A stretch of DNA of 64,000 bases, from positions 53,511-117,510 of the forward strand of contig BTVY01000015.1 in assembly GCA_045863335.1 (NCBI GenBank), read 5' to 3'. The translations under genes were made by a program, and so were the position numbers. The stretch is from Candidatus Hydrogenedentota bacterium. Its GTDB lineage: Bacteria; Hydrogenedentota; Hydrogenedentia; Hydrogenedentales; SLHB01. A model generated the notes under the pieces. It was not told where the DNA came from and did not search any database. It saw only the letters and a list, made by a program, of their open reading frames with translations. Shown piece by piece: positions 10,110-18,511 of the stretch. The first letter of the stretch is position 1, and each line of letters begins with the position of its first letter.

Positions 10110-10770
10110 CTTCGAGGGTTTCGGCATTCACCGGCGCAACGCTGAGCGCGAGAATCGCCTGGCCAGTAAAGTACAACGGCAATCCCAACACGGCATTCTC
10201 GAAACCCGGCGACACGAACTGCTGGCGCGCCACGAAGATGTCGGAAACGTAGAACATGACCGCGCCGAGCAGAATGAGCCCGCCCCCGGGCTGCGACACG
10301 GTCCCGCCCGCAAGGATCACCATGATGCCAATGACCACGGTATAGGCGGCGACGGGAATCTGGAGATCGCTGGGAACGTGCGGCCACACCCATCGAATGA
10401 CTAACACGCCTACAATCACGATCGCGACTGCGGAAGGAACGAGCCCGTGAATTCGAAGACCACGCACGGTATAGGCGGCACAGTACGCAAGGTGGGCGAC
10501 CAGAAACGCGACGAGGCCGGCAAGAAACCGGCTCTCCCCTCCGGACAGAAGAAAGTAGTCCCCGAAGGAGGAACAGACCAGCCCTGCGAACAGAATCCGC
10601 CCATACATCGACCGATGCGCGCCCGCGAGCAGGGCGGTGGCGAGAAAACTGAACGACGCGGCCATTTTGAAATAACTGGAAAACCCGGAAGCGCTCATCA
10701 GCAGGCAAACGATGCAGAACGCAACGGTCAGACCCGCAGCCAAAAGCGCGCGCGAAGGTATGGTCTTCAT
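10075..10770 (-). CDS. Lysoplasmalogenase / YhhN family membrane protein
   Basis: GD..LL, FLAGLVAFL.AH.AY, GA..FY.SD, Y..GQ motifs; polytopic membrane protein. Confidence 0.85.
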   Translation of the reverse strand: MKTIPSRALLAAGLTVAFCIVCLLMSASGFSSYFKMAASFSFLATALLAGAHRSMYGRILFAGLVCSSFGDYFLLSGGESRFLAGLVAFLVAHLAYCAAYTVRGLRIHGLVPSAVAIVIVGVLVIRWVWPHVPSDLQIPVAAYTVVIGIMVILAGGTVSQPGGGLILLGAVMFYVSDIFVARQQFVSPGFENAVLGLPLYFTGQAILALSVAPVNAETLEVRKPALLADRQ

Positions 10771-10903
10771 CGTCGAAGGATTCTCCTGGTTGGCCAATCG
10801 CGGTTGCGCTTGAGCTACGATCCAAACCAGCCCGATTGCTCGTGGCGTGTACCGAGAATACCAGCGACGGAAGGGACAAACCAGCCAAAACGACCCACAG
10901 GAG

Positions 10904-11338
10904 TTAGCCACCGGGCGCGTCGTTCAGATACCCTTCGAGCGCCGTGATCTCGTTGATCAGTTCGTTGATACGATCGTGCAACAGATATCGAAGCGAGATC
11001 ATGCCCGCAATTTCGCCGTTCGACTTTATGATGGGAAGGTGGCGAATGCGACGCTCGCTCATGAGCCGGATGGCGTCGTTCAACTCGGTGGACTCAGGGG
11101 CGACGGCGATATCCGAAGTCATGACGTCGCCCAAGAGGGTGGTGCGCGGATCGCGCTCCTGCAGAACGATCCGCGACATGACGTCGCGCTCGCTGAAGAT
11201 GCCCCGCAGGTCGTTCGTATCGCCGATTAGAACCGCACCAGAGCGATGTTCGACCATTACCTCGATCGCCCGCCACGCCGTGTCGTCCTCGGTCAGCATC
11301 AACAACTCGGTATTTCTCAAAAAGGGTTTTAACGACAT
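10904..11338 (-). CDS. CBS domain pair protein
   Basis: GIFSERD, VMT, M..RRIRHLPI, GMISLR. Confidence 0.85.
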   Translation of the reverse strand: MSLKPFLRNTELLMLTEDDTAWRAIEVMVEHRSGAVLIGDTNDLRGIFSERDVMSRIVLQERDPRTTLLGDVMTSDIAVAPESTELNDAIRLMSERRIRHLPIIKSNGEIAGMISLRYLLHDRINELINEITALEGYLNDAPGG

Positions 11339-11575
11339 GAATATGCCCTCGCACGTGTGCCTCAAGATCTCGCAGCGACTCCAACATGCCCTAAGTTGCT
11401 TGAAAACGCAATAAGAAACTGGCTGATATGCGGCGGGCAATTCCGGAACTTCTTTTGTAGAGGGACCTTACAGACGGCAAGTCAATTCGTAAACCACCGT
11501 CGCAAGGAGAAGTTTAGGAGGTCACTCGCGAGATCCCGGGCGGATAAGGAAAGTCGACCGTCTTCTGGGCAGCGG

Positions 11576-12043
11576 TTAGCTGTCGCTTGAGCCGCCAATC
11601 TGCTGATCCAATTCATCGAGAAACCAGCGCAACCGCCGCTGGTCTTCGGAAGTCATGTGATGAAACTGGACACCACAGGCGTGCCCCTTTTTCTCGGGTA
11701 CTGGTTTCGTCCAACGCACCTGAGCGCGGGGCGCGATCGACGTGTGCTCCTGAAGATCGATGTAGAGCGTCACATCCTGGCCGGGTGCGATCTCATACTT
11801 CGACATGACGCACGCGCCACCGGAACTCAAGTCGAGCAGCTTACCTTTGGTCTTGTGGGTATCCATCTGCATGTCACCGCCGGATGAAAACCCAACCGCG
11901 AACTCGACCACCACTGGGCAGGTTTTCCGGATAGTTCTTCGTCTCAGACGGCGCTGATCCGAAGACGCGTCAGCGCCCGAAGAAGTCTCCGGCGCGAGTA
12001 TAATTCGTAATTCTCTTGCTGGCCCGAATTCCGTTTGACGCAT
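11576..12043 (-). CDS. PilZ domain protein (c-di-GMP receptor-like)
   Basis: RxxxR followed by DLSSGG, VRW and GVQF. Confidence 0.8.
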   Translation of the reverse strand: MRQTEFGPARELRIILAPETSSGADASSDQRRLRRRTIRKTCPVVVEFAVGFSSGGDMQMDTHKTKGKLLDLSSGGACVMSKYEIAPGQDVTLYIDLQEHTSIAPRAQVRWTKPVPEKKGHACGVQFHHMTSEDQRRLRWFLDELDQQIGGSSDS

Positions 12044-12102
12044 CGAGTGTATCCTCTGCCCTAACTGTTCAAGGATAGATTGACGGGACTTGCGCTATTT
12101 GA

Positions 12103-12462
12103 TCATGACGCCAGAATAAGTGTCTTCTCCTCCACCCCGTCCTCCGGGGGGCCGTACCGGAGCATGACTTTCGCGCCTTGCATGAAGTCGGTCGACTCGA
12201 GAATCGGACGGACCACGTCGAACAAGCGGTCAGCATCGGGGCCGTACATGTACAGGCTGCCATCACTGCCGTCCACGGCGATCTCGTTGCCGTCGTATTC
12301 ACCGGCACGAGAGGTTTCGATAGCGTCTTCGAGCCGCTTCTCCAACTGGAAGATGCGGGACAGATCGGTCGAACCATACTGAAAATGGACGATGACCGCG
12401 TGGCTGGGAGAAGGTTCCGGCTCCTTCGACCCGCCGCCGAGGATTCGGGAGAACAAACTCAC
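12103..12462 (-). CDS. Hypothetical protein
   Basis: GGAGG RBS before GTG, protein-like composition (GEYDGNE...LYMYGPDADRLF), co-oriented 17 bp after the upstream gene. Confidence 0.7.
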   Translation of the reverse strand: MSLFSRILGGGSKEPEPSPSHAVIVHFQYGSTDLSRIFQLEKRLEDAIETSRAGEYDGNEIAVDGSDGSLYMYGPDADRLFDVVRPILESTDFMQGAKVMLRYGPPEDGVEEKTLILAS

Positions 12463-12479
12463 GTGTCAGTATCCTCCAT

Positions 12480-14219
12480 CTACCGGCCCCAACGCGCCTG
12501 GAGCGGTTGGCGCAGTTGGACGCTGGCGCTCTCGATGTCTTCGTAGCGTTGGTCTCCCTCCTTCAAGAAGAAGGGAATGAACGCCAGCTTTTCGATATAC
12601 GTCGAACCCACATCCACGGGAATGATGGGTCCGCGTTGATAGTCGCTGAAGGGATACACCCACCCGCGGGTGAAGTACGTGACCGGAATCGACCAGAAGT
12701 GATGGTAATAGAGATAGAACGCCGGCCGATGGGTTGAGGCCTCCCCGCGGGTCGCGTTGAAGGCGAGGGAGGACTCAATAACCTCGCCGATGCCGTAATC
12801 CTGCGTCTCGTTGGTGAGGGCCAGCCAGGGGACGTCATGGTCCACGCGAATCGCCCATTCGTCCTGCCAGTTGGGGCCGTGGAGCGTCCGTGCGCTGCGC
12901 AGTCCCCCGCTCTTCTCTTTCCACACGAAATGGTCGATGAGATGGGAGTCGAGCACGATCTCGCCATTCCGGATGGCGGAAGCGTTCAAGGGGTCGCGCA
13001 CTTCCATGACGGTGGTGCATTTGACGTAGGGCACGCCCGCGTAGAACGTATAGGTGACCGATGCGTGCACCTGGGGGGTGGCATCCGGCATGCGGCCGCT
13101 GTTCGTGATGCGGAACATGAGCGGGCCACGTGTCGTCACGATCGTCTTGTCCGGCGGGTCCCATGCGAAGGTGTGGCCCCACTTGCCGTTGTCGGAAAAG
13201 GAATCGGGGTTCCAGTGCACGGCGTTGCTGTAACTGTTTGTCAGCGTCGGCACGGGGTTGTCGTCGCGCCCTTTCAGATTGAAGGAAGCAATCTGGCCGG
13301 AACCCTGATCGAGCTGGACGACATAGTGCTCGTTCTCGACTTTGGCTTCGAGCGACGGTCCCTCGATGTTTAATCCGCCCTTGATTTCGGCGGGCGAAGC
13401 GGCCTTCGGGTTGTCGTAGAGGAAGACGTATACGCGAGATTCGTTTGCGGGTACCGATGCGAGAAACACGCCTTCGACCGACTGCGACGGATGTTGCAGA
13501 TAATTGGTGTTCGACGTGCCCGGCGGCGTTCCGGGGAACCGCTTGGCGTTGAATGTCTGGATTGGCACGGGCGTGTACGTCTCGCCATCGCAGGCAAACA
13601 CGCGCAGTTCCCGTTCCAAATCTTCGCAGTCCTCTGCGCGCGCCGCGATCGAGAACTCGACGGGTTCGCCGTTCCGAGCAAGCCCTGCCGGTTCGTGCAA
13701 AACCACCGACTGGTACCGATTAAACCCATCCGGCGCGCCCCCGGTTTTAGGGGCCTTGGCTTCGAAAGATCGCGTGACGGTCTTGGACGTTCCTTCCGCG
13801 TCTTTCGCGCTAATTTCGACTTCGATGGAGGTATTCTCGCCGTTGTGCCAAACGGATCGCGTGACCAGGACTACGTTCTTCGCGTCCGTGGCTTCCTGCG
13901 TGATCCATCCCGACTGGACGTGGGCGAATCCGTCCACGAAAGCATAGAACGAATCCGATTCCGTGCCGTTGACACGAATCTTGGCGATGCTTGCGGAGGC
14001 TCCGTCCGTCCAATCGCCGAGGGGAAGCACGACCTCGAAGAACGGGTGCTCCACCGTCGGCGACACGAAGGTGACCTCCGTCACGTTCTTCGGATCATAG
14101 GGCGTCGGATACAGGACCTGTCCGTCACCCACATCCCGGCCAGTTTCAACCGATACCGGCAACTGCGCGCCTGCAACCAGCGCGCAGAGCAAAACGGCCA
14201 ATAGTGCAGCAAGCCGCAC
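12480..14219 (-). CDS. Secreted hypothetical protein, paralog of 14222-16429 (beta-rich, possible carbohydrate-active)
   Basis: Signal peptide; shares VLHE.AG..R.GEPV, AVHWNP, RNGE.V, F.WK, PW.A..N and R..VYPF with its neighbour. Confidence 0.75.
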   Translation of the reverse strand: MRLAALLAVLLCALVAGAQLPVSVETGRDVGDGQVLYPTPYDPKNVTEVTFVSPTVEHPFFEVVLPLGDWTDGASASIAKIRVNGTESDSFYAFVDGFAHVQSGWITQEATDAKNVVLVTRSVWHNGENTSIEVEISAKDAEGTSKTVTRSFEAKAPKTGGAPDGFNRYQSVVLHEPAGLARNGEPVEFSIAARAEDCEDLERELRVFACDGETYTPVPIQTFNAKRFPGTPPGTSNTNYLQHPSQSVEGVFLASVPANESRVYVFLYDNPKAASPAEIKGGLNIEGPSLEAKVENEHYVVQLDQGSGQIASFNLKGRDDNPVPTLTNSYSNAVHWNPDSFSDNGKWGHTFAWDPPDKTIVTTRGPLMFRITNSGRMPDATPQVHASVTYTFYAGVPYVKCTTVMEVRDPLNASAIRNGEIVLDSHLIDHFVWKEKSGGLRSARTLHGPNWQDEWAIRVDHDVPWLALTNETQDYGIGEVIESSLAFNATRGEASTHRPAFYLYYHHFWSIPVTYFTRGWVYPFSDYQRGPIIPVDVGSTYIEKLAFIPFFLKEGDQRYEDIESASVQLRQPLQARWGR

Positions 14220-14221
14220 AG

Positions 14222-16429
14222 CTACTCCTCGCCTTCCGTATCTTTGTGCCCGCTGAGCGCGCCTTCCACGCCCTCATCAAAGGGCATAGTCAAGATGGGC
14301 ATTACCCAGGCTTCCGGCGTGCGTTCGTCGGTGGCCATCCATTCGTGTACCAGCAGCGGATTTGAGAGCTGCTCCGTAAGCGACTCGATCTCGGCGAAGG
14401 GGTCGTCGTCCTCCGCAAACCGGAATGGCACCCAAGCCGCCGTTTCCGTGTAAAAACTGCCGGCACGCACAGGCATCATGCGCGTGAAGTTCAGACCGCC
14501 AAAGGGATAGACCAAGGGCCGGGACCAATAGATCCAGGGTCCGTTCTGCACGTAGATGTAGGGCTGCGCGGCGCTCGGCTGCTGGCCGTACTTGTTGCCG
14601 CAATTGAACTCGAGGTTGATGCTGGCGAATCCGACCTTCTGTTCGCGATTGATGAAGGCCATCCACGGCGTTTCCGCGGGAACTTCCAGGGCGTGGATCG
14701 GATGTTTGCGCGACGATTCGATGTCGAGGCTCTGCACCGTGCCCAGGGGATCCTTCCACACAAATTCATTGAGCACGGCATGGTTGAAAACGAGTTCCCC
14801 GTTGCGCGCGGCCATGACGAAGTGATCGTTGATGACCTCCATGTAGGACGTCATCATCACGTAGGGCCTATCCGCATAGAACTCGTAGGAAATGGACGAG
14901 TTGACCGTTTCCATGTGGGGCAACGGCGCGTAGCGGCGCGTCCGGTGCATGATGGGACCGCTGATCTCATCGTAAATGGGCGTTTCCCAGTCGCTCGCGT
15001 GAACCCACGGGATCGGAGGCGAGTAGAATCCCGGGTTCCAGTGCACGGCGCCGTTGGTTTCGAGCTTGTGCTCAAGCAACACCGGCTCGCCCTCGCCGCG
15101 GATCGTCACCTGCTCCACGGCCCCGCTGTTCACGGACAGGTAGAACTCGTACGCGTCCGTCGTGATCGTCTGGCTCAGTCCCTCTCCTTTTGCCACGTTG
15201 AGGTCTGTGTCCAAACTTAACGGTTCCGCGTTTGGATTGCCGTATACCACCTGGTAGACCTTCAGCTCGTACGGCTGGACATCGGCGAGAAACACGAGTT
15301 CGACCGTAGTCGTCGCGTCATACCGGTGCACCGGTTCGCCGGTTTCGGCGTCCAGCTCACCCGAGTTGAGCAGCCGCTCATCGCGCCAGACGGTCACGTT
15401 GGTCACTTGACAGGGGGCGACTACATAGCCGTCCGCGCCGGCATTGGGATGGGTCGGTTCGTAGGAGACTACGCGAATCTCGTTCTCAGGTTTGGTGACG
15501 TCGTCGGCAAAAAGCCCCAGCATGGCGTGCACGGGCTCGCCCTGGCGCTGGATACCGGCCGTTTCGTGGAGCACCAGGGAAACCGAGTGCGGCCAGTCCG
15601 CGTTCCAGTAGCCGCCGGAGCCGGGCGCGGTCCCCTCGGCCTCAAAGGTGGACTCTTTGCCGTCCTCATCCGCGATCGTAACCGCGACCGTATGCTTCGA
15701 ACCGTTCACCCAGTCCACCGGGGCCACGATCTGAAAATCGCGGCTGCCCGCGATGACGCCTTCGTACGTTTCGCCTTCAACGGTTCCATTCTCAGTTGAA
15801 CCGGGAAGGGCCTTTCCGTGGTTGAAGTAGCGGGCGTCGCGGCTGGCTTTACCGTCCACGGATACGGATATGACCTTGCCGGGCGCGAGTGACTCTTTGG
15901 CCAGGGTTACGGTGAGGTGGTGATACGGAAACTCCGCGGTAGGCTGACCGAAACTCGGGCCTTTCACCTTCGTGCGCGCGGCCGGCGCCGTTTCGTTTGC
16001 GGCAAGCCGTACCGGTTCGCCTGCTTCGCTAGTGCCTTCCAAGGCGATCTCGTAGACCTTGCCGGGCTGCCAGTCCGCGTACAGGGAAACGGAAAAGTCT
16101 TCGCTGCCGTGTACCCAACGGTTCCCATTAAAGACGCTATGATTGGCGATGACGAACGGGTCTTTTTCGTCGCCATTCACCAGAACCCGCTCAACCTGAA
16201 ACGCCGGAGCCGCGTTTTTCGGAAACTTCGCCACGAGGTCGTAGGTGACGTTGGCGAATTCGCCGACGGGCTGAAACTCCACGGTCTGCGGTCCTGCAGG
16301 CGCGGTGGACTCCGTGAATCCGGATGGCCGCGGGTGGCGCAAATCGGCCGCGCGTTCCGCAGCCGAGATTCCGGAACCGGCAAAAGCAATCAATAGAACG
16401 AGTGTCGCGGCGAAAGCAGCGCTACGCAT
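14222..16429 (-). CDS. Secreted hypothetical protein with duplicated N-terminal beta domain, paralog of 12480-14219
   Basis: Signal peptide, strong coding signal, internal duplication, 2 bp gap to the next gene. Confidence 0.75.
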   Translation of the reverse strand: MRSAAFAATLVLLIAFAGSGISAAERAADLRHPRPSGFTESTAPAGPQTVEFQPVGEFANVTYDLVAKFPKNAAPAFQVERVLVNGDEKDPFVIANHSVFNGNRWVHGSEDFSVSLYADWQPGKVYEIALEGTSEAGEPVRLAANETAPAARTKVKGPSFGQPTAEFPYHHLTVTLAKESLAPGKVISVSVDGKASRDARYFNHGKALPGSTENGTVEGETYEGVIAGSRDFQIVAPVDWVNGSKHTVAVTIADEDGKESTFEAEGTAPGSGGYWNADWPHSVSLVLHETAGIQRQGEPVHAMLGLFADDVTKPENEIRVVSYEPTHPNAGADGYVVAPCQVTNVTVWRDERLLNSGELDAETGEPVHRYDATTTVELVFLADVQPYELKVYQVVYGNPNAEPLSLDTDLNVAKGEGLSQTITTDAYEFYLSVNSGAVEQVTIRGEGEPVLLEHKLETNGAVHWNPGFYSPPIPWVHASDWETPIYDEISGPIMHRTRRYAPLPHMETVNSSISYEFYADRPYVMMTSYMEVINDHFVMAARNGELVFNHAVLNEFVWKDPLGTVQSLDIESSRKHPIHALEVPAETPWMAFINREQKVGFASINLEFNCGNKYGQQPSAAQPYIYVQNGPWIYWSRPLVYPFGGLNFTRMMPVRAGSFYTETAAWVPFRFAEDDDPFAEIESLTEQLSNPLLVHEWMATDERTPEAWVMPILTMPFDEGVEGALSGHKDTEGEE

Positions 16430-16459
16430 GTCGGGTCTCCTCGGTTCGTTGCAGTTTCG

Positions 16460-16633
16460 TCACTCGTGTTTCTTGTTCTGTTTTGCTTCGTGTTCTTCAC
16501 GAAGGATACGCAGCAATGCCCGGATATCCAAGGCCCCTCCAATGGTTACCCAAAGGGACATGATGGTGAAGGCGGCCACGCTTACGATAAAGACGGCCTT
16601 CCAAAGGCTCATCCAGAACTCGATTGAATCCAT
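16460..16633 (-). CDS. Small single-TM membrane protein (57 aa) associated with the SSS transporter
   Basis: Hand translation MDSIEFWMSLWKAVFIVSVAAFTIMSLWVTIGGALDIRALLRILREEHEAKQNKKHE; AAAGGA RBS; lies between the SSS gene and the paralog pair. Confidence 0.75.
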   Translation of the reverse strand: MDSIEFWMSLWKAVFIVSVAAFTIMSLWVTIGGALDIRALLRILREEHEAKQNKKHE

Positions 16634-16672
16634 AACCGAAATCCTTTTTGGTTCAACGCGTGGAACAAGCGC

Positions 16673-18274
16673 TTACGCGGCCGATTCCGCGGCAGTGTCT
16701 TCGTCAGGGCGCTTCCTATCGGGAAACAAGAGCGAACCAATAATCATCACGGTGAGCGCCAGCAAAACGACGGCTAACCCAACCCGCTGGCTCGGCAGGT
16801 ACGTGGCCATGATGTGCTCGGCCCGCGTCAGATCGATGCGCAGCACAGTCAATAACAAGAACCGTTGCAGGGCTTCGAGTCCCAGCACCGCCAGACCGCC
16901 CGTGCACATGGCCAGCACCGCGCCGGTCGAACTGGCGCGCTTCCAGTAGAGCCCGCCGAGCAGGACACTAAAGGCGCCGGTGAAATAGATCGCACCGCTT
17001 ACGGTCAGGAAGTCCCACAGGTCCTGGCGCAGCGGATAGACGTAGCTCATAATAAAGATCGTGATCCCGATCAAGAGGACAAAGCCACGGGTCGTCCATA
17101 CCCGGGCTTTTTGCGACATGTGGTTCCTGGACAAGGGCACGACCACGTCGTTGGTGAGCACCGAACTCCAGCAGAGGAAGTAGCCGCTGTCCGTCGACAT
17201 CATTGCCGCGACCATGGCCGCCGTAATCAGCCCGATCATACCGACGGGAAGCGTGCGGCTGAAGAACACCGGCATGCCGTACAAGGAATCCACGGCCGTC
17301 GCGCCTTCCGCAGTCGGGAAGAAGGCTTCCTTCAGCGCGGGCGATCCCATTATGAACACGAAGGCGGCGATGCCCCAGAAATACGGCACAATCATGCGAA
17401 TGGCATAGGAGATGGAGGCCCACATGAATTGCTTCTTCACGACCGATACGTTCTCACTGGCGAGCGCGCGCGCGACCGAAGTGGGCCAAACCGCGCAACT
17501 GACCACGCCCATGAAAACCATCCAAAGCACGTAGTCGACGCCAAATGCGCTTTCCGCCTCGAAGGGATTGAAACCCGCCGAACCCTTCAGTTCGGCCACC
17601 GTGTTAAAGACATGATTCCACCCGACCTCGTGGATTGCGAGCATGGTTCCAAGCACCATGCCGAAGGCCAGTACCACGAACTGGAGGTAGTCGGTCAAGA
17701 CGACGGACACCATGCCGCCGAGCACGGTATAAAACAACTCGACAGCGACGAGGACGATCATGAGCATGAGCAGCGCCCGGTCGCTCTCGAGACCCATGAC
17801 GGCCTGAAGGAACATGGCGCCGGCTTTGAGGAACATGCTCATGTTGAGGATGCCGCCAAAGGCCAGCATCAGTCCGCCCAGGACTTGCGTCTTGCGCCCG
17901 AACCGCTTGCGGTAGAAGTCGGGAATGGTCAAGGCGTTGTGCTTGCGGAGGGGCCCGATGATGAAGCCGCTCGCGCCGATCATGAAGGCGACGATGCCCG
18001 CGGCCAAACCAATATGAAAGGCCGCAAATCCGCCGTTAAACCCCTTTTGGGCCGCGTACATGACAGTCACCAGCCCAAGTTCCGTTCCGGTCAGCGTCGC
18101 GACGCCCAGCGCCGTCCGCACGCCGCGTCCCGCGACGACGTAGTCGTCCATGTCTGAAATATAGCGACGCGCCACCAAACCAAACGCGATGGTGGCCACC
18201 ATATAGACGAAGAGAATCGCCCAGTCTACCCCCGTGAAATTGGTGTGTTGAAAGATGTCGCCGAATTGTTCCAT
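16673..18274 (-). CDS. Sodium:solute symporter (SSS) family transporter
   Basis: DYVVAGR, YTVLGG...V..TD..Q, AAMMST.S, many TM helices. Confidence 0.9.
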   Translation of the reverse strand: MEQFGDIFQHTNFTGVDWAILFVYMVATIAFGLVARRYISDMDDYVVAGRGVRTALGVATLTGTELGLVTVMYAAQKGFNGGFAAFHIGLAAGIVAFMIGASGFIIGPLRKHNALTIPDFYRKRFGRKTQVLGGLMLAFGGILNMSMFLKAGAMFLQAVMGLESDRALLMLMIVLVAVELFYTVLGGMVSVVLTDYLQFVVLAFGMVLGTMLAIHEVGWNHVFNTVAELKGSAGFNPFEAESAFGVDYVLWMVFMGVVSCAVWPTSVARALASENVSVVKKQFMWASISYAIRMIVPYFWGIAAFVFIMGSPALKEAFFPTAEGATAVDSLYGMPVFFSRTLPVGMIGLITAAMVAAMMSTDSGYFLCWSSVLTNDVVVPLSRNHMSQKARVWTTRGFVLLIGITIFIMSYVYPLRQDLWDFLTVSGAIYFTGAFSVLLGGLYWKRASSTGAVLAMCTGGLAVLGLEALQRFLLLTVLRIDLTRAEHIMATYLPSQRVGLAVVLLALTVMIIGSLLFPDRKRPDEDTAAESAA

Positions 18275-18441
18275 GTTCCCCTTCCACGGTGCGTCTCGCG
18301 TGGCATAGAACGGCCAATGCGGGAGGCACCCTCGCCGCTTCGAGCAACCCAATGGGTGGACGGACATGCTAGCACGTGGCCGTGGCGTGCGCAACGCGGC
18401 GATGGCGAGTGACCGGAAAGTCCGTCCGTTGGCCTACATGG

Positions 18442-18482
18442 AACAACTCGGCCCCGGTGGCAGGTACTCCACCGGGGCGAGT
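18442..18482 (-). terminator. Probable intrinsic terminator of the FG-GAP gene
   Basis: GCCCCGGTGG/CCACCGGGGC stem followed by GTTGTT on the minus strand, 30 bp after the stop. Confidence 0.55.
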
Positions 18483-18511
18483 CGTTTCTTAAACCAGTGA
18501 GGGACTAACGA

